Shown one piece after another: positions 1 to 10,898 of a DNA stretch of 64,000 nt. The stretch comes from a virus. Its lineage: Duplodnaviria; Heunggongvirae; Uroviricota; Caudoviricetes. Both the position numbers and the translations under genes were made by a program. Below the pieces are notes generated by a model that saw only the letters and a list, made by a program, of their open reading frames with translations, searched no databases and had not been told where the DNA came from. The stretch's first letter is position 1. Every line of letters starts with the position of its first letter. The stretch covers positions 1,475 through 65,474 of IMG/VR virus record IMGVR_UViG_3300029742_000285. The stretch is one strand, 5' to 3'.

Positions 1-2260
1 ATAACCCCAAATTTCGTTAATAGAACTACTGTTATCTGGAAATCCGTAGTATATTTCTTTTGCGGAAGGTAAAAATATACTGCGAGATAGAGTAGACACA
101 GCAGAAGGTACGTAATTGTTAGAATCATTTTTTTTGAACGCTGGGGTATAATAAAAAGTAGTTTTGCCGATTTTTTTCTGCATGAAATCAGAAAAAGAAT
201 TTTTTATGTTTCCGTTCAATAAGGCATCAATACTGCTGGTCGAATACTCTGCGGGAGTTGTCATTTTACTATCCCACGCAATGTTTTCTGTTTTCGCGTC
301 TTTAAGAGCAAGAAGCGTTCTCCCTTTGCCATTTAATTCTGGCTCGTAATTATGCTTTGAGACAAGAAAAGCGGTATAAGCGCCAGCGACGGAGATGTAA
401 ACGGTATCGCCTTCTTTGAGGTTGGAAATCTCATCCGCAATCGCAGTAGCATTGCAAGAAGCAGAAAGGCTCGCAACTGTAGCTGTAATCGTTGCATTTC
501 CGCTGTGTAAATACGTAACGTTGCAGACAGATACGCCGCGTTCGTTCTTGATGACATTCAGCTCAACGATACCAGCGGGAGATGCATTCCAAACAATAAC
601 AGGGGAATCGGCAGATGCGGGGGTAAGCGTCGCAGTGAGCGTAATCGTGTCGGAAGGATGTAAGTAAATCTCAGAAGCGTCGATTTGTAACGAATCAACA
701 TCTTCAATCATATACCCGGTAACGGAGCCCTTGAAGCTGCCATTAAACGTGTAAGAAACGTCCGTGATCAACAAGTTAGAAGAATATCCAAATTGATGAT
801 TGAGCTTGACAAAATCAAGAGCGTCGTTGTGTGGGCTGGCACGATAAGACAGGGTGGCTTTTCGACGGTTAGAAAGTACTTTATAACTTTCAGTTAGAAC
901 ATTCTTTGGCTGGGAGACGATGGAAGAAGAGATAAGTGCATTATTTACACTTTGCGTAACGCCATCACCAGTAGCACCATTCGGATACAATGACGAAACT
1001 CCATTTAGAGAGTAAGAGATGTTTTTTAACTTATTAGAAAAAGTGATTTCCGGATACTGATAATCATTGATTTCAGTGATTTCATAAATGTCGGACTTGT
1101 TTTCAGGAAGGTACGGAACCCGGTCAATCCGAATCTCACCGTTTCTTGTCTGATACAAAGCCATACCGGCTGCGTTAGCAGAAAGCTGTAGCACATCAGC
1201 GTTTTTATACGAAGAATTTCCGTTGCTAAAATCAGCTGTATAATCCTTCAAAGATTCATTGATGTAATAGCTGATACCGGAAACATCAAGAAGTTCCAAA
1301 GCGTCATAACACATTTCGTATAAAGTTCCGCTTTTCCTTCCGGTATATAGTGAATCGATTAAAAACACCAAAGCATCTCGAGCTTCAAAGGAAGCGGTAA
1401 TGCCATTAGAAGGAATGTTCCAACTAGAAAGGTAAAACTTACCTCCGTTAATCCATTCAGTCTGTCCGTCCAAGTCCATGCCATACTTTACAAAAACAGC
1501 TTGGCGTTCATACAAATACTTATAGAGGCCGTCTGGGTTGATAGGATTCCATTTTTGGTCGCTGTTATCAACGGAAAAAGAAATTGAATCCTTGGAAAGC
1601 TGACCGGAAATTGGGTCTCGCTTTGATTTATGGGAATACGACAGAAGGTCTGTTTTGCTAAATTTCACACGTTGTCCAAATTCCACTTGCGAGATACGAG
1701 CTCTTCGGTTTGGAATACACCATTCAAGAATTTCAATAATAACCGAATCATAATTGGAAATCTCAAATTCAATTGAAGTTTCGGTGGAATCGTTGTTGTC
1801 AATTTGCTTTTCCAAAAGAAGAGCGGTTCCTTTGTAAGCGGAAACTTTAAATGATTTTGCCCATTCATTTAAAATTTCAGACCAAACGATTGTCAGGCCC
1901 GGTATTTTTTCTTCGTGGATTTTACTAAAAGAAAATGTGATGGTTGGATGATTGGAGCTTGATACGCATTCACCGCTTACATAGCCGCATTCTTGATACG
2001 GTTCAGAATTCGGGACGATATCAAAGCTTCCATCTAAAACCCAAAAATTAGTTTCAGCAGTCGCGTAATTTCCAGAAGTGGAAATGTCCAGGTCAGTGAT
2101 GGATGCCGCATTACTAAACACGGTTTGCGAACCTGAACTTGCAATAGCGTCCGTTTGCGCCGCATCATCAGCTGCATGATAAGTAATCTGAATAAAAGTT
2201 TCGGGTACAAGCGTATTATTATATTGTGAAAGCCACTTATCGGACGGCTTTACAGACATA
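1..2260 (-). CDS. Tail tip / tail-associated protein with Ig-like (Big_2-like) region. The gene is partial and runs off the window start.
   Basis: Hand translation of the reverse strand from ATG at 2260 (MSVKPSDKWLSQY...), RBS AAAGGTGGTGA upstream. No stop before position 1, so it is absent from the ORF track. Lies immediately downstream of the TMP and a small tail gene. Contains an ITLTATLTPASADSPVIVWNAS Ig-like motif. Confidence 0.45.
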
Positions 2261-2274
2261 TAAAATCACCACCT

Positions 2275-2643
2275 TTAGACCTCAACTAGGCTCAAAGAAC
2301 AATCCGTCCAGCCCATCACATTTCCGGTGTTTGGGCCCCTTCGCCACATTCCGGCTGTTCGATCGGAAACATACATCTGACGTGTGGAATAAGAAGCTGT
2401 TGCTTGATTGTAAAATCGTACCGTGCAATAAAAGTTTGTAGTGAATGGGCCGATGACGGAAGCCCATTGTTTTGCGGTAAGGTATTTCCACTTAAGAGCC
2501 ACTTTTGCAACATCGTGTCGAACCACAGAGCCAACAACCTTGCCTTGCACGTTTCGGCCAGAATCAACGATGGTTGAAGTCGTTGCGCTATAAGAGGAAG
2601 GCTCTGGCAAATCTACGCCGTTCACTGATACAAGAGCTTGCAT
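2275..2643 (-). CDS. Small tail protein, possibly a distal-tail (Dit)-like N-terminal domain protein
   Basis: 122-aa ORF immediately downstream of the tape measure in the tail operon. Beta-rich composition. Confidence 0.3.
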   Translation of the reverse strand: MQALVSVNGVDLPEPSSYSATTSTIVDSGRNVQGKVVGSVVRHDVAKVALKWKYLTAKQWASVIGPFTTNFYCTVRFYNQATASYSTRQMYVSDRTAGMWRRGPNTGNVMGWTDCSLSLVEV

Positions 2644-2660
2644 AATTCACCGTTCCTTCC

Positions 2661-5600
2661 TTAATAGCTATACACTTCCGTCCCCATGATTTGCACGCCG
2701 CGGTCAGCCTGCTGCTTTTCAACCGAAGCGGTAATCTGCTTTCCGTCAATGAACAGCCTGACTTCCTTGCCGCCGGTAATTTCGTCACCATAGCGCTGGA
2801 AAATATCAAGAAACGCATTATAGCAGCCGTTGTAAACCGCGCCTTGCAGGTCGGAAGAGCTTGTTGACCCGGATGATGTATTGCTGTAGTATCCATTTGC
2901 AGAAGTGGTGGAACCTGTAGAAGCATCGTATTCAGGGGTTCCGACGTAAGAAGAATTGTCAGCTGAATATTTCCCACCGAGATTGCTCACAATACCCGCA
3001 ATCGCAGCGCCTAAGGCAATTGCGGCCGCGCCCACAATAAGCGCTACAGGAATGCCGAAAACTGTAGACGAAAGCGCACCGGCAATAGAAGTAAGAAGGC
3101 CAACAAACGCAGAGCCAACACTTCCAATCAAGCCGCCCATTGCAGCAAAAATTTCAGGGAAAGAGCTTACAAGACCACCGAAAAGGCCTTGACTGATCGC
3201 AGTGCCAGTGGTAGCTAAAGGCACCTTCAACGCGCTAATTGATGTAGAAATCGTAGTTCCAAGATTGGAAACGCTCTTTACGATTTTTCCAAAATTGCTT
3301 GTTATGCCGCTCCAGATAACCTTGCCAACTTTTAACGCTTCGTTAAACAAGGTTTTGGATGCATCCTTCAAAATTCCAGCAATGTTGGAAATAAAGCTTT
3401 GCGCATATGCTTTTACCTGATTTCGGTTGCCTTCTCCCATCGCCTGCCAGATAATAGCAGCGGCAGTTGTACCAATTGTTTTTAAGTCGCCGTTCTGCAC
3501 AGCATTCCAAAGATTCTGCACTGTGCCGAAGAAGTCATTCTGCAAGCCGGAATCAAGTTCTTGCCACTTACTGTCCAGACCGTTGAAGAAGCCATTAACA
3601 AAATTCGTTGCGGTGGTCGTGCCATAGTCAATCATCTCGTTGCCCTTCTGCTGAACAACGTTTGCCAGATTAGTCATAGCCTGTTCAACGTAATGAAGTG
3701 CTGCAGTGATACCGTTTGCAAGGCCTTGGTCGATGTAGATACCGAACTGTTCAAAGACTTTAGAAGGAGAGTGGATGCCAGTATCTGTCGTGAACTTATC
3801 TAGAATAGCCTTTGCAAGTCCACCAACAGTTTTCTTTGCATTCTCAATTCCTTTGTTGATACCATCAATCAAGCCCTGAACGATGTTTTTGCCATAGTCC
3901 AAAAATTTTGCAGGGAGATTTTTAATTGTATCAACCAAACTGTTCCAAGCCTTGTCCCAGTTTTCTTTGAATCCGGCCCACTTCTGGTTCCACCACTCGC
4001 CAACACCAGCAAACCACTGCTTTAAGCCTGCGCTTGCTTGGTTAAGCGCCTGAATTGGATGCTGAACAAATCCGGGCAAGCTGTCCCATGCAGTCTGAAA
4101 ATTAGCGCTGAACCCTTGCCACTTTTCATTCCACCACTCGCCAACGCCGACAAACCAGTTTTTTAAGCTCTCGCTTGCCTTGTCGAGAGATTCTGTAATT
4201 TTGTCCCAGTTTTGATAAATCGCAATTCCGACATCGGTCAGACCACCAACAATCAAACCAATCAGCGTACCGATGCCTGTACCAATCGGGCCACCAAGAG
4301 AACCGATAATTGCACCAATGCCTGCGCCAGCCATTGTCGAGCCAAGCGGAATCAAAATTCCGTTTAACGTGTTTAAGCCATTCTTGACAGCATCGTAAAC
4401 GCCCGTTACAAACATAGGTATGCCGGTTACTACTCCGCCAACTGCTGCTCCAATAATCGCGCCAGCAGTAGAGCCACCAGCCGCTTTAATGGCCGCTCCA
4501 ACAGCAGTATTGCCAAAGCCGGTCACGATAAACTGAGCAATTCCTTTACCGAGAATGGCTGCGCCTGTAGTTCCAATCAAAGCACCAAGAACAATTTCGG
4601 CGAAATTTTTCCCATTTACGCCATTTTCAATCGCGTCTTTAATGCCTGTAATTTCAAGAACGACACCTACTGTAAAAACGCCAAGACCCAAAACAATGGA
4701 TTTCAATGCGTTCATTTTGGAAATAGCATCCACAATATCCGTAATAAGATTTGTGAGCTTCCAAGCAGCAAGGGCGGTTGCTACAGTCGCTATAAGAGGA
4801 AGCATAGCCTTGATTTTCTGCTTGATAGCATCAATCTGCTTTGCAAACTCTTCGTTGTACTGCTTGAACATATCGTAGCCGGACAGGTCTACATCGCCCA
4901 AGATGTTGCCGGCAGATGCACCGCCGCCAGAGCCGGAGCTTCCTTGTGTTGGGTCAATGATGTTCAGTTCATCAAAACCCATCGTGTAGTCCTTGAGAGC
5001 TTTGGCGGCTTTCTTTGTCGAATCGGTTGTGTCATCCATTGCGTCACCGATGCCGCCAACGCTGCCAGCACTCTTAGTGAAATCGGTGAACACGACCTTC
5101 ACGCCCATCAGCTTTGCCACCCACTGAACGAACTCCCGAATGAGCTGAACGGCGGCAATCAGCGGGGGAAGAATAGATTTCATGGCAGGGTAGAGCAAAG
5201 AGCCAACAGACTTCGCCAGCATATCCAATTGCGCTTTCAGAATCTTAATCTGGTTCGCAGGGCTCTGGATGGTCTGTGCAAGGTTGCCCTGCACGTTGGC
5301 AGTCTGCTTCATAATGGCAATGTAACGCAAAACTGCCTTATCCGCCTGAGACAGACTAGATACCTGTTTGTTAAAGCCCAAAGCAAGAAGCTCTTGCTGT
5401 AACCGCGCCTGAGACAGGTCGATGCCCAAACGGCGAATAGGCTCAATCTCACCAGAGATTGCGGAGGACATTGCAGTAAAGGTCTCTGCAACGTCCTTGT
5501 TCCAATAGGAGCCTTCGTCATAGGCAAGCTGAGTCAGGTTCTTGGATAAGATATACGCTTTATCGCTGGCCAGACCAAACGAAGTACCCAAGCTCTGGAT

Positions 5601-6503
5601 GGTAGCCATGTAGGTCATCGCTTTGGTCGGGTCAACGCCAAGCAAACCCTGCATCTTGCCAATGAGCGTATCAGCTTCACCGCTCAAATTGCCCATAGCA
5701 TTATGGAACAGGTCTGTTGCTTCGTAGAAATCATTAAACTTCGCAACAGCGTTGCCAAGATACTCAGCGATAGCTTTCAACGAAACCAGCTTTGCCATGT
5801 TCCGTATAAAGCCGTTCATCTGATTGGACAGGCTGAGATAGCTCTTGCGCTGCTTTTCGTTGGCAGCAGTCACACGGTTTGCCTGTGTGACCACCTTGCT
5901 CAACTGCGGAGGAAGCTTTGCAAAAGCGTTGCCCACCTTTTCAAGCTGAGATGCAAGGGGAGCAAGAGCGGTAGAAATTTTCTGACAAAAGCTTGCAAAA
6001 GAATCAAGGTCAGTCGCTTTCAGCTTGTCGGTCAGGTCAGGAACCTTTCCGATTGCATTGAAAGCGCTGCCAAGAGCTTTAAGATTCGATGCGTCCAGAA
6101 TGGACAGCGGAGCTAAAGCGTTAGTGAGCTGAGTAATGCTGCCAGACATGGAGTAAAAGTCCACGCCGTTCAAGCCAGACACAGCCGCAGGAATCTTCTT
6201 GATTGCATTCACGACCGTGTTGATGCTCTTTGCGCTTGCGGTCGTGTTGACGTTGGAAAGCCCATTCAGAAAGCTGGTGATTTTGTCCAGCCCGGACATT
6301 CCAGCGGATGCCTGTTTAAGCGTTGCAATGGAACCAGCCAGCTTATCAAGGCTATTTACAACCTTTGTGACGTTGCCTTTCGTCCGCAAATTAGAAATGG
6401 CGGTAGCGAGCTTGTCGATATTAAGCTCTGCGCCCTGCGATTCCGCAGAAATCTCTACGGATAAGCTCGTAATATCAACATCAGCCATCACTACCACCAT
6501 CAC
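2661..6503 (-). CDS. Tail tape measure protein (element A)
   Basis: 1280 aa, Ala/Gly-rich repetitive segments, coiled-coil N-terminus. Sits downstream of the G/GT chaperone pair. Confidence 0.85.
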   Translation of the reverse strand: MMVVVMADVDITSLSVEISAESQGAELNIDKLATAISNLRTKGNVTKVVNSLDKLAGSIATLKQASAGMSGLDKITSFLNGLSNVNTTASAKSINTVVNAIKKIPAAVSGLNGVDFYSMSGSITQLTNALAPLSILDASNLKALGSAFNAIGKVPDLTDKLKATDLDSFASFCQKISTALAPLASQLEKVGNAFAKLPPQLSKVVTQANRVTAANEKQRKSYLSLSNQMNGFIRNMAKLVSLKAIAEYLGNAVAKFNDFYEATDLFHNAMGNLSGEADTLIGKMQGLLGVDPTKAMTYMATIQSLGTSFGLASDKAYILSKNLTQLAYDEGSYWNKDVAETFTAMSSAISGEIEPIRRLGIDLSQARLQQELLALGFNKQVSSLSQADKAVLRYIAIMKQTANVQGNLAQTIQSPANQIKILKAQLDMLAKSVGSLLYPAMKSILPPLIAAVQLIREFVQWVAKLMGVKVVFTDFTKSAGSVGGIGDAMDDTTDSTKKAAKALKDYTMGFDELNIIDPTQGSSGSGGGASAGNILGDVDLSGYDMFKQYNEEFAKQIDAIKQKIKAMLPLIATVATALAAWKLTNLITDIVDAISKMNALKSIVLGLGVFTVGVVLEITGIKDAIENGVNGKNFAEIVLGALIGTTGAAILGKGIAQFIVTGFGNTAVGAAIKAAGGSTAGAIIGAAVGGVVTGIPMFVTGVYDAVKNGLNTLNGILIPLGSTMAGAGIGAIIGSLGGPIGTGIGTLIGLIVGGLTDVGIAIYQNWDKITESLDKASESLKNWFVGVGEWWNEKWQGFSANFQTAWDSLPGFVQHPIQALNQASAGLKQWFAGVGEWWNQKWAGFKENWDKAWNSLVDTIKNLPAKFLDYGKNIVQGLIDGINKGIENAKKTVGGLAKAILDKFTTDTGIHSPSKVFEQFGIYIDQGLANGITAALHYVEQAMTNLANVVQQKGNEMIDYGTTTATNFVNGFFNGLDSKWQELDSGLQNDFFGTVQNLWNAVQNGDLKTIGTTAAAIIWQAMGEGNRNQVKAYAQSFISNIAGILKDASKTLFNEALKVGKVIWSGITSNFGKIVKSVSNLGTTISTSISALKVPLATTGTAISQGLFGGLVSSFPEIFAAMGGLIGSVGSAFVGLLTSIAGALSSTVFGIPVALIVGAAAIALGAAIAGIVSNLGGKYSADNSSYVGTPEYDASTGSTTSANGYYSNTSSGSTSSSDLQGAVYNGCYNAFLDIFQRYGDEITGGKEVRLFIDGKQITASVEKQQADRGVQIMGTEVYSY

Positions 6504-6903
6504 TTTCCATCATAGAGAACATCATTCTCTTGATTCGCTCCTGCGCCTCAACTGCGCGTTGGTATTCATACTCGTCTTTCTCCTTTTGGGTAAGGGGAAG
6601 CGGTCTATCCATGTACTTGATGGGGCTAGACCCTTTCTTTCGGAACATATTGCCAACCGTAGAGGAAAGTGCAGATGCCATGTAAAAGCCGTTTCTCCAC
6701 GCTTCTGTGTTGGCTCTGCGTTCCCGCAGCTCCTCTGCGTCACGGTAAACTTTCGCCAGCCAGACATCGCCGTACCAGAACTGGTCGTAGGTCATGCCGA
6801 TAGAGATGTAATAGGCTTCTACATCGTGGAACAGCTTGGAAAAGGAGAACGGTTCTCCATCTCCGTCTGTTTCTTGAGATTGTGCGGTTACACAATCTCC
6901 CAC
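6481..6903 (-). CDS. Tail assembly chaperone T-extension frame, expressed by -1 frameshift as a G-T fusion
   Basis: Overlaps the 3' end of the G-like ORF. Slippery AAAAAAC lies on the minus strand at 6909-6915. Canonical siphovirus position between major tail and TMP. Confidence 0.5.
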   Translation of the reverse strand: MGDCVTAQSQETDGDGEPFSFSKLFHDVEAYYISIGMTYDQFWYGDVWLAKVYRDAEELRERRANTEAWRNGFYMASALSSTVGNMFRKKGSSPIKYMDRPLPLTQKEKDEYEYQRAVEAQERIKRMMFSMMESDGGSDG

Positions 6904-7235
6904 GTTGCGTTTTTTGCGGTCTTGTCCTCAGTATCAGTTGCCAGCAGAGACTTGGAAGCATCCATGAACATCTCAAGCAGAACGCCCATCAGGTCTTCCT
7001 TATCCTCGATGTGCTGGAACATCTCGTCCACGACCTTGCGCTTGATGCCCTTGTTCCGTGCGATGAAAGCGCCGTAGAACAGGGCACGAGAGTTGGACAG
7101 CAGATTGGTCATCTGGGTGTACTGACCAATCTGAAAACCTGCACGTTCAGTGGCTTCCACGCTGTCACGGGTGAAAGTCAGCTCGTAAGTGTTCTTGCAA
7201 TCGGGGGAATGAAAATTGATAACCTTAGCAGCCAT
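6888..7235 (-). CDS. Tail assembly chaperone (G-like)
   Basis: 115 aa, acidic, directly upstream of the TMP and ending at the slippery site. Confidence 0.5.
   Translation of the reverse strand: MAAKVINFHSPDCKNTYELTFTRDSVEATERAGFQIGQYTQMTNLLSNSRALFYGAFIARNKGIKRKVVDEMFQHIEDKEDLMGVLLEMFMDASKSLLATDTEDKTAKNATWEIV
6909..6915 (-). promoter_or_regulatory. Programmed -1 ribosomal frameshift slippery heptamer A AAA AAC
   Basis: T6 run on the plus strand equals AAAAAAC on the coding strand, at the G/T chaperone overlap. Confidence 0.5.
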
Positions 7236-7319
7236 AATAAATGCTCTCCTTTATAAATAGGGGCAGAACCAAATCCGTTGTTCAGTTCTGCCCGGTTTGA
7301 TTGATTCGATTTTTGCGGT

Positions 7320-7757
7320 TTAGCCGCCAGTAACAGTCAGGGTCTCGCTGAACTCAGGCTTCTTGGTGAAGATGCAGTTGATAGTCATTTCCACAACCTC
7401 GTCCACGCCGAAGCCGGACAGACCAACCTGATGCATACCCTGCCAAGTGAAGCCGGAACCGTCCTGCATCTTCAGGGCGTAGTACTTCACGGCGTTGCTC
7501 TCGGAAGTCTCATCATAGCCAGCGGTCTTGACCTTCGTATAGTCAGCCTTGTTGTAGTTGGCGGTAAAAGACTTAGTGTCGCTCTGGATGATGCCAAAGA
7601 TGTTAACCTGCATGGGGTCAGACAAGGTGGTGGCATCCAAAAGGTTCGGCTCGGAGATCAGGTCGGGCACATCCTTGATGTCGCACAGCTTCGTCAGAGC
7701 GGTTGCGCTGTCGCCACAATACAGGGTGGTATTCAGACCGGAGATAGCAGTACTCAT
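7320..7757 (-). CDS. Major tail protein
   Basis: 145 aa, positioned between the tail terminator-like gene and the chaperones. RBS AAGGAGG upstream. Confidence 0.5.
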   Translation of the reverse strand: MSTAISGLNTTLYCGDSATALTKLCDIKDVPDLISEPNLLDATTLSDPMQVNIFGIIQSDTKSFTANYNKADYTKVKTAGYDETSESNAVKYYALKMQDGSGFTWQGMHQVGLSGFGVDEVVEMTINCIFTKKPEFSETLTVTGG

Positions 7758-7772
7758 AGAATGTTTACCTCC

Positions 7773-8174
7773 TTAGTTTCGGTAAATCATTCCGTCCTCT
7801 CCGATTGTTGCCCCATAGCTGCAATCAATCCGATAGACGGAATTGTTATACAGCCCATTCAATGGGGCAAACGACTTGCGATAAAAGTTAAGCGGTTCAA
7901 GAATAGAATCCACGATTCCAACGATGGAACGTGCTTCTGCAATGCGTCCGCTGGTTTTGTTGGAATATACACGCACACGAATGGAAACAGCGGCGTACTT
8001 GCTTCGGCTGGCAGAATCCCGGTGAACCGGGAGATTACTGTTTTCCTCTATCTGCACACACGGAAACTTTTTGACGTTACTGTCATTGATTTCGCCAGTG
8101 ACGAAGATACCGGGCACTTGCTTTCGCAGTTCCTTGGCAACAGCCGTGAAGATAGAATTGAAATAATCAATCAA
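7773..8174 (-). CDS. Tail completion / tail terminator-like protein
   Basis: 133 aa. Assigned from order in the head-tail joining block. Confidence 0.35.
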   Translation of the reverse strand: MIDYFNSIFTAVAKELRKQVPGIFVTGEINDSNVKKFPCVQIEENSNLPVHRDSASRSKYAAVSIRVRVYSNKTSGRIAEARSIVGIVDSILEPLNFYRKSFAPLNGLYNNSVYRIDCSYGATIGEDGMIYRN

Positions 8175-8692
8175 CTATTCCAAACCTCCCTCCACGTTGC
8201 TTCGACCTGAGAAGCCATTTCCTCAACAGCCCCCCACATAGCCATAGCTGGCTCGTTGCCATCGGTGTAATTCAACTGACCTTTGCCATCCACCTGTTTG
8301 ACAGGCGTACCAGCATTGCCAGATTCTCCGTAGTAGTACCACCTGCGGTTTGCGCCTTGCCCTTTGCCGTAGGAGCCATGCGCCCCAACACCGGGCGGTA
8401 GTTCACCGCCATATCCGTTGTGATGTGCGCCAGTGCCAAACTCGATAAAAGCAACCGCCTTGCCCTCAGCAACGATGGTGCAAGTCTTGTCTTTTTGGTT
8501 AATATGGCATTTCACGTCATTTGAGCCAGCGTATTCCGCATTAGCAAAACGCACCTTTGCGACTTCAAGCCCCAGCCACGAAAGGCGAAAAGCAAACGCT
8601 CTAGCTTTCTTGTTCAGGGTGGTCTTGTACTCCTGTATCTGACGTTCCGCATCACGAAGTCCAGCATCGCTCAACCTCACTTTAATTTTCAC
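8171..8692 (-). CDS. HK97 gp10-like tail-component protein
   Basis: 173 aa, AFIEFGTG motif typical of the gp10 family. Position after the head-closure genes. Confidence 0.4.
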   Translation of the reverse strand: MKIKVRLSDAGLRDAERQIQEYKTTLNKKARAFAFRLSWLGLEVAKVRFANAEYAGSNDVKCHINQKDKTCTIVAEGKAVAFIEFGTGAHHNGYGGELPPGVGAHGSYGKGQGANRRWYYYGESGNAGTPVKQVDGKGQLNYTDGNEPAMAMWGAVEEMASQVEATWREVWNS

Positions 8693-9059
8693 TTGCAGCC
8701 ACCTCTTTCAGCGCATACTTCGTGTCTGTAATATGCTCTGCTACCTTGACCACAATGTAATTGAAGGGCTTTGAAACGTCCGTCTGAAACCAGACGTGTG
8801 TGCCTTCATAAAGCGGTGTGTTGCGCTTTTTGCTGGACGAACTGACAACGTAGCTGTAATCCGTGAATGCTCCAAAAGGGTTTGCTTCCGCAGAACCAGT
8901 AGGGGGGCTGACGTTCAGCATCAGCTTTGCGGGGGTACTCCACGATTCGTATGCGGATTCGCCAGTCTCGTTTTCCCACTCGTCCACGAGAGGCGTTTTT
9001 TTGCCGACCGGGTTTGAATACCACAGCGGGCGTTTATCCAGCGGGCTTCCATTGAACAT
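8682..9059 (-). CDS. Head closure / neck protein
   Basis: 125 aa, located between connector and gp10-like genes. Confidence 0.3.
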   Translation of the reverse strand: MFNGSPLDKRPLWYSNPVGKKTPLVDEWENETGESAYESWSTPAKLMLNVSPPTGSAEANPFGAFTDYSYVVSSSSKKRNTPLYEGTHVWFQTDVSKPFNYIVVKVAEHITDTKYALKEVAASEN

Positions 9060-9403
9060 CAGCCAATAACACCTACTCTCGGAACCACTTCATTCAGCAG
9101 GGACTGCGCCACATCAGAGCTTTCCCACACACGAGTAATGCCATTGTTGGTGTAGCTCGTCTGTCCGTTTGCGCCGATGTGGTTGTACAGTTCCGCTGCA
9201 ATGCGTATCTGCAACGACTGATACTGCGAGGGCAACTCGTCTGGTCTGTTACCAAATGGGTAGCCCTGCGCAAATATCTTGTCTTTGGCAAAATCAAGCA
9301 GCAGGTCGAAGAGTGGGTAGTCCTCGTCCGTGATTTCACGGTCAAGTGCTGGGGCGATGTACTGCCCCAGCTTGACTGCCGCTTCGGAATACTGGTCTCC
9401 CAT
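9059..9403 (-). CDS. Head-tail connector (gp6-like) protein
   Basis: 114 aa, immediately downstream of the major capsid gene. Typical size and acidic character. Confidence 0.4.
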   Translation of the reverse strand: MGDQYSEAAVKLGQYIAPALDREITDEDYPLFDLLLDFAKDKIFAQGYPFGNRPDELPSQYQSLQIRIAAELYNHIGANGQTSYTNNGITRVWESSDVAQSLLNEVVPRVGVIG

Positions 9404-9423
9404 GCTGCTTTCCTCCTTTCGCC

Positions 9424-10500
9424 TTAGTAAGCCTTGATGCAGTACACAGCGTCCATACGCTCAAAGGACGGCAGGACGATTTCGGAGACGTAGATGTTGG
9501 TGTTGACAGGATGCACGGTCTGCTCGGTGGTAACAGCAACGCCAGTGTTCACAACGGAAACCTGTGCGTTGGAGATTCCGGCCATCAGGTCGGCTTCCTC
9601 AGGGGTGGCAACATAGTACATATTGCCCAGAGAGCCGGAAGGAGCCAGCACAACATAGCCATCAGGCAGATACTTCTCAGCAGCTGCAGTTTCCTCCGGC
9701 TTGTACATCTTGTCGTACAGATGAATGCGGATGCCGGAAGCGCTTTCGACAACGGAACGTGCTTCGGAATCAACCAGCACAGCGGTGGCGGTCTTCATAA
9801 CCGTCAGGAACCGGTTCTTGATTTCATCCGCAGCAATCATCTTGTGGAAAGTGTTGGTGTTCATGTAGGCATCGGTGATAATCTCACCAGTGTTTGCCAG
9901 CACGGTGTTTGCGGCAGTGGTCATCGTGGCGATGGGGGTTGCAGTAGTAGGAGCATCCCACTTCTCCTTGGTAGCCAGAGCCTTGTAATTGGACTGCTGC
10001 CAAGTGCCGTCAGGGTCGTAATCGTAGACGTAACTCACGCCGTTAGATTCGATGGAGATGCCGGGCTTGCCAGTCTTAGGAGCCAGAAGCTGCCACACCA
10101 TTCGCTCAGGCACAATGCGAGCACCGGTAATAAGCTGTGCGGTATCATCGTAGACACGATTGATAACGTCTGCCGCAAACTCCTGATTGGTAGCCAGAAC
10201 AGAGATAATCTTGCGGCGGTCTTCCTCGTCAATGTGAGTGCCCTCACGGAAGAACGGCATACTGGTCTCGGTCATCTTGATGCCCTGACGAGTACGGAAC
10301 GTAGCCTTAGTGTCAAACACGCTAGGCTTCAGCGAAACGCCAACGCCCTTGTGGCCACGCAGCCACTTCAGTTCCATGCTGACCTTCTTACGGGCGGGGA
10401 ACAGAGCATCAGAAGCATAGGGCTGCGCATTGGTCGGGTCATTCGTCCAGTAGGCGGCAATCGCAGCAGGGGAGAAGATTTCATTCAGATTCAGTGCCAT
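9424..10500 (-). CDS. Major capsid protein
   Basis: 358 aa downstream of the scaffold gene. RBS AAGGAGG upstream of ATG. Position and size typical. Confidence 0.7.
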   Translation of the reverse strand: MALNLNEIFSPAAIAAYWTNDPTNAQPYASDALFPARKKVSMELKWLRGHKGVGVSLKPSVFDTKATFRTRQGIKMTETSMPFFREGTHIDEEDRRKIISVLATNQEFAADVINRVYDDTAQLITGARIVPERMVWQLLAPKTGKPGISIESNGVSYVYDYDPDGTWQQSNYKALATKEKWDAPTTATPIATMTTAANTVLANTGEIITDAYMNTNTFHKMIAADEIKNRFLTVMKTATAVLVDSEARSVVESASGIRIHLYDKMYKPEETAAAEKYLPDGYVVLAPSGSLGNMYYVATPEEADLMAGISNAQVSVVNTGVAVTTEQTVHPVNTNIYVSEIVLPSFERMDAVYCIKAY

Positions 10501-10513
10501 AATTTAGTCCTCC

Positions 10514-10888
10514 TTACTCGCTCTTTGCGCCAACATCGGTACGGCAGAAAACGGCGGGAACAGCCTTTTTCAGAGCGGCAATATCGTTTGCAGAATAGTC
10601 AAAGCCAGACAGCTTTGCCTTGTCCACATCAATAACGCCCTGAATCAGCAGTGCGCCATTGGGGTTGACGGCAGGGTCAACAGTGTGCAGCAGAATGCCA
10701 ATGGCATCGGTAGCTGCATCAGCAGCACTGGTGCCAGTAGTGGCAGCAGCTTTTAGGCCAGTCTTTGCCATAGGATAGCCAGCCGGAACAGCATTGGTCT
10801 CCTTGACGGTAAAGGGAATGGCAACGTAGGTATCAGCAGCCAGAATAGTGCTTTCAGGAGCCGATACCGGAGTATTGGTGTACTTCAT
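10514..10888 (-). CDS. Hypothetical head-module protein
   Basis: 124-aa ORF between scaffold and capsid genes. Confidence 0.3.
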   Translation of the reverse strand: MKYTNTPVSAPESTILAADTYVAIPFTVKETNAVPAGYPMAKTGLKAAATTGTSAADAATDAIGILLHTVDPAVNPNGALLIQGVIDVDKAKLSGFDYSANDIAALKKAVPAVFCRTDVGAKSE

Positions 10889-10898
10889 GTTTTCCTCC

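Noticed and set aside
164-667. Three small ORFs (61-83 aa) at the window start
   Set aside because: They lie inside and antisense or out of frame to the long minus-strand tail gene that runs off the window edge.
9511-10635. 374-aa plus-strand ORF
   Set aside because: Antisense to the major capsid gene. Low-complexity G/H/R-rich product, no RBS. The capsid reading frame is far better supported.
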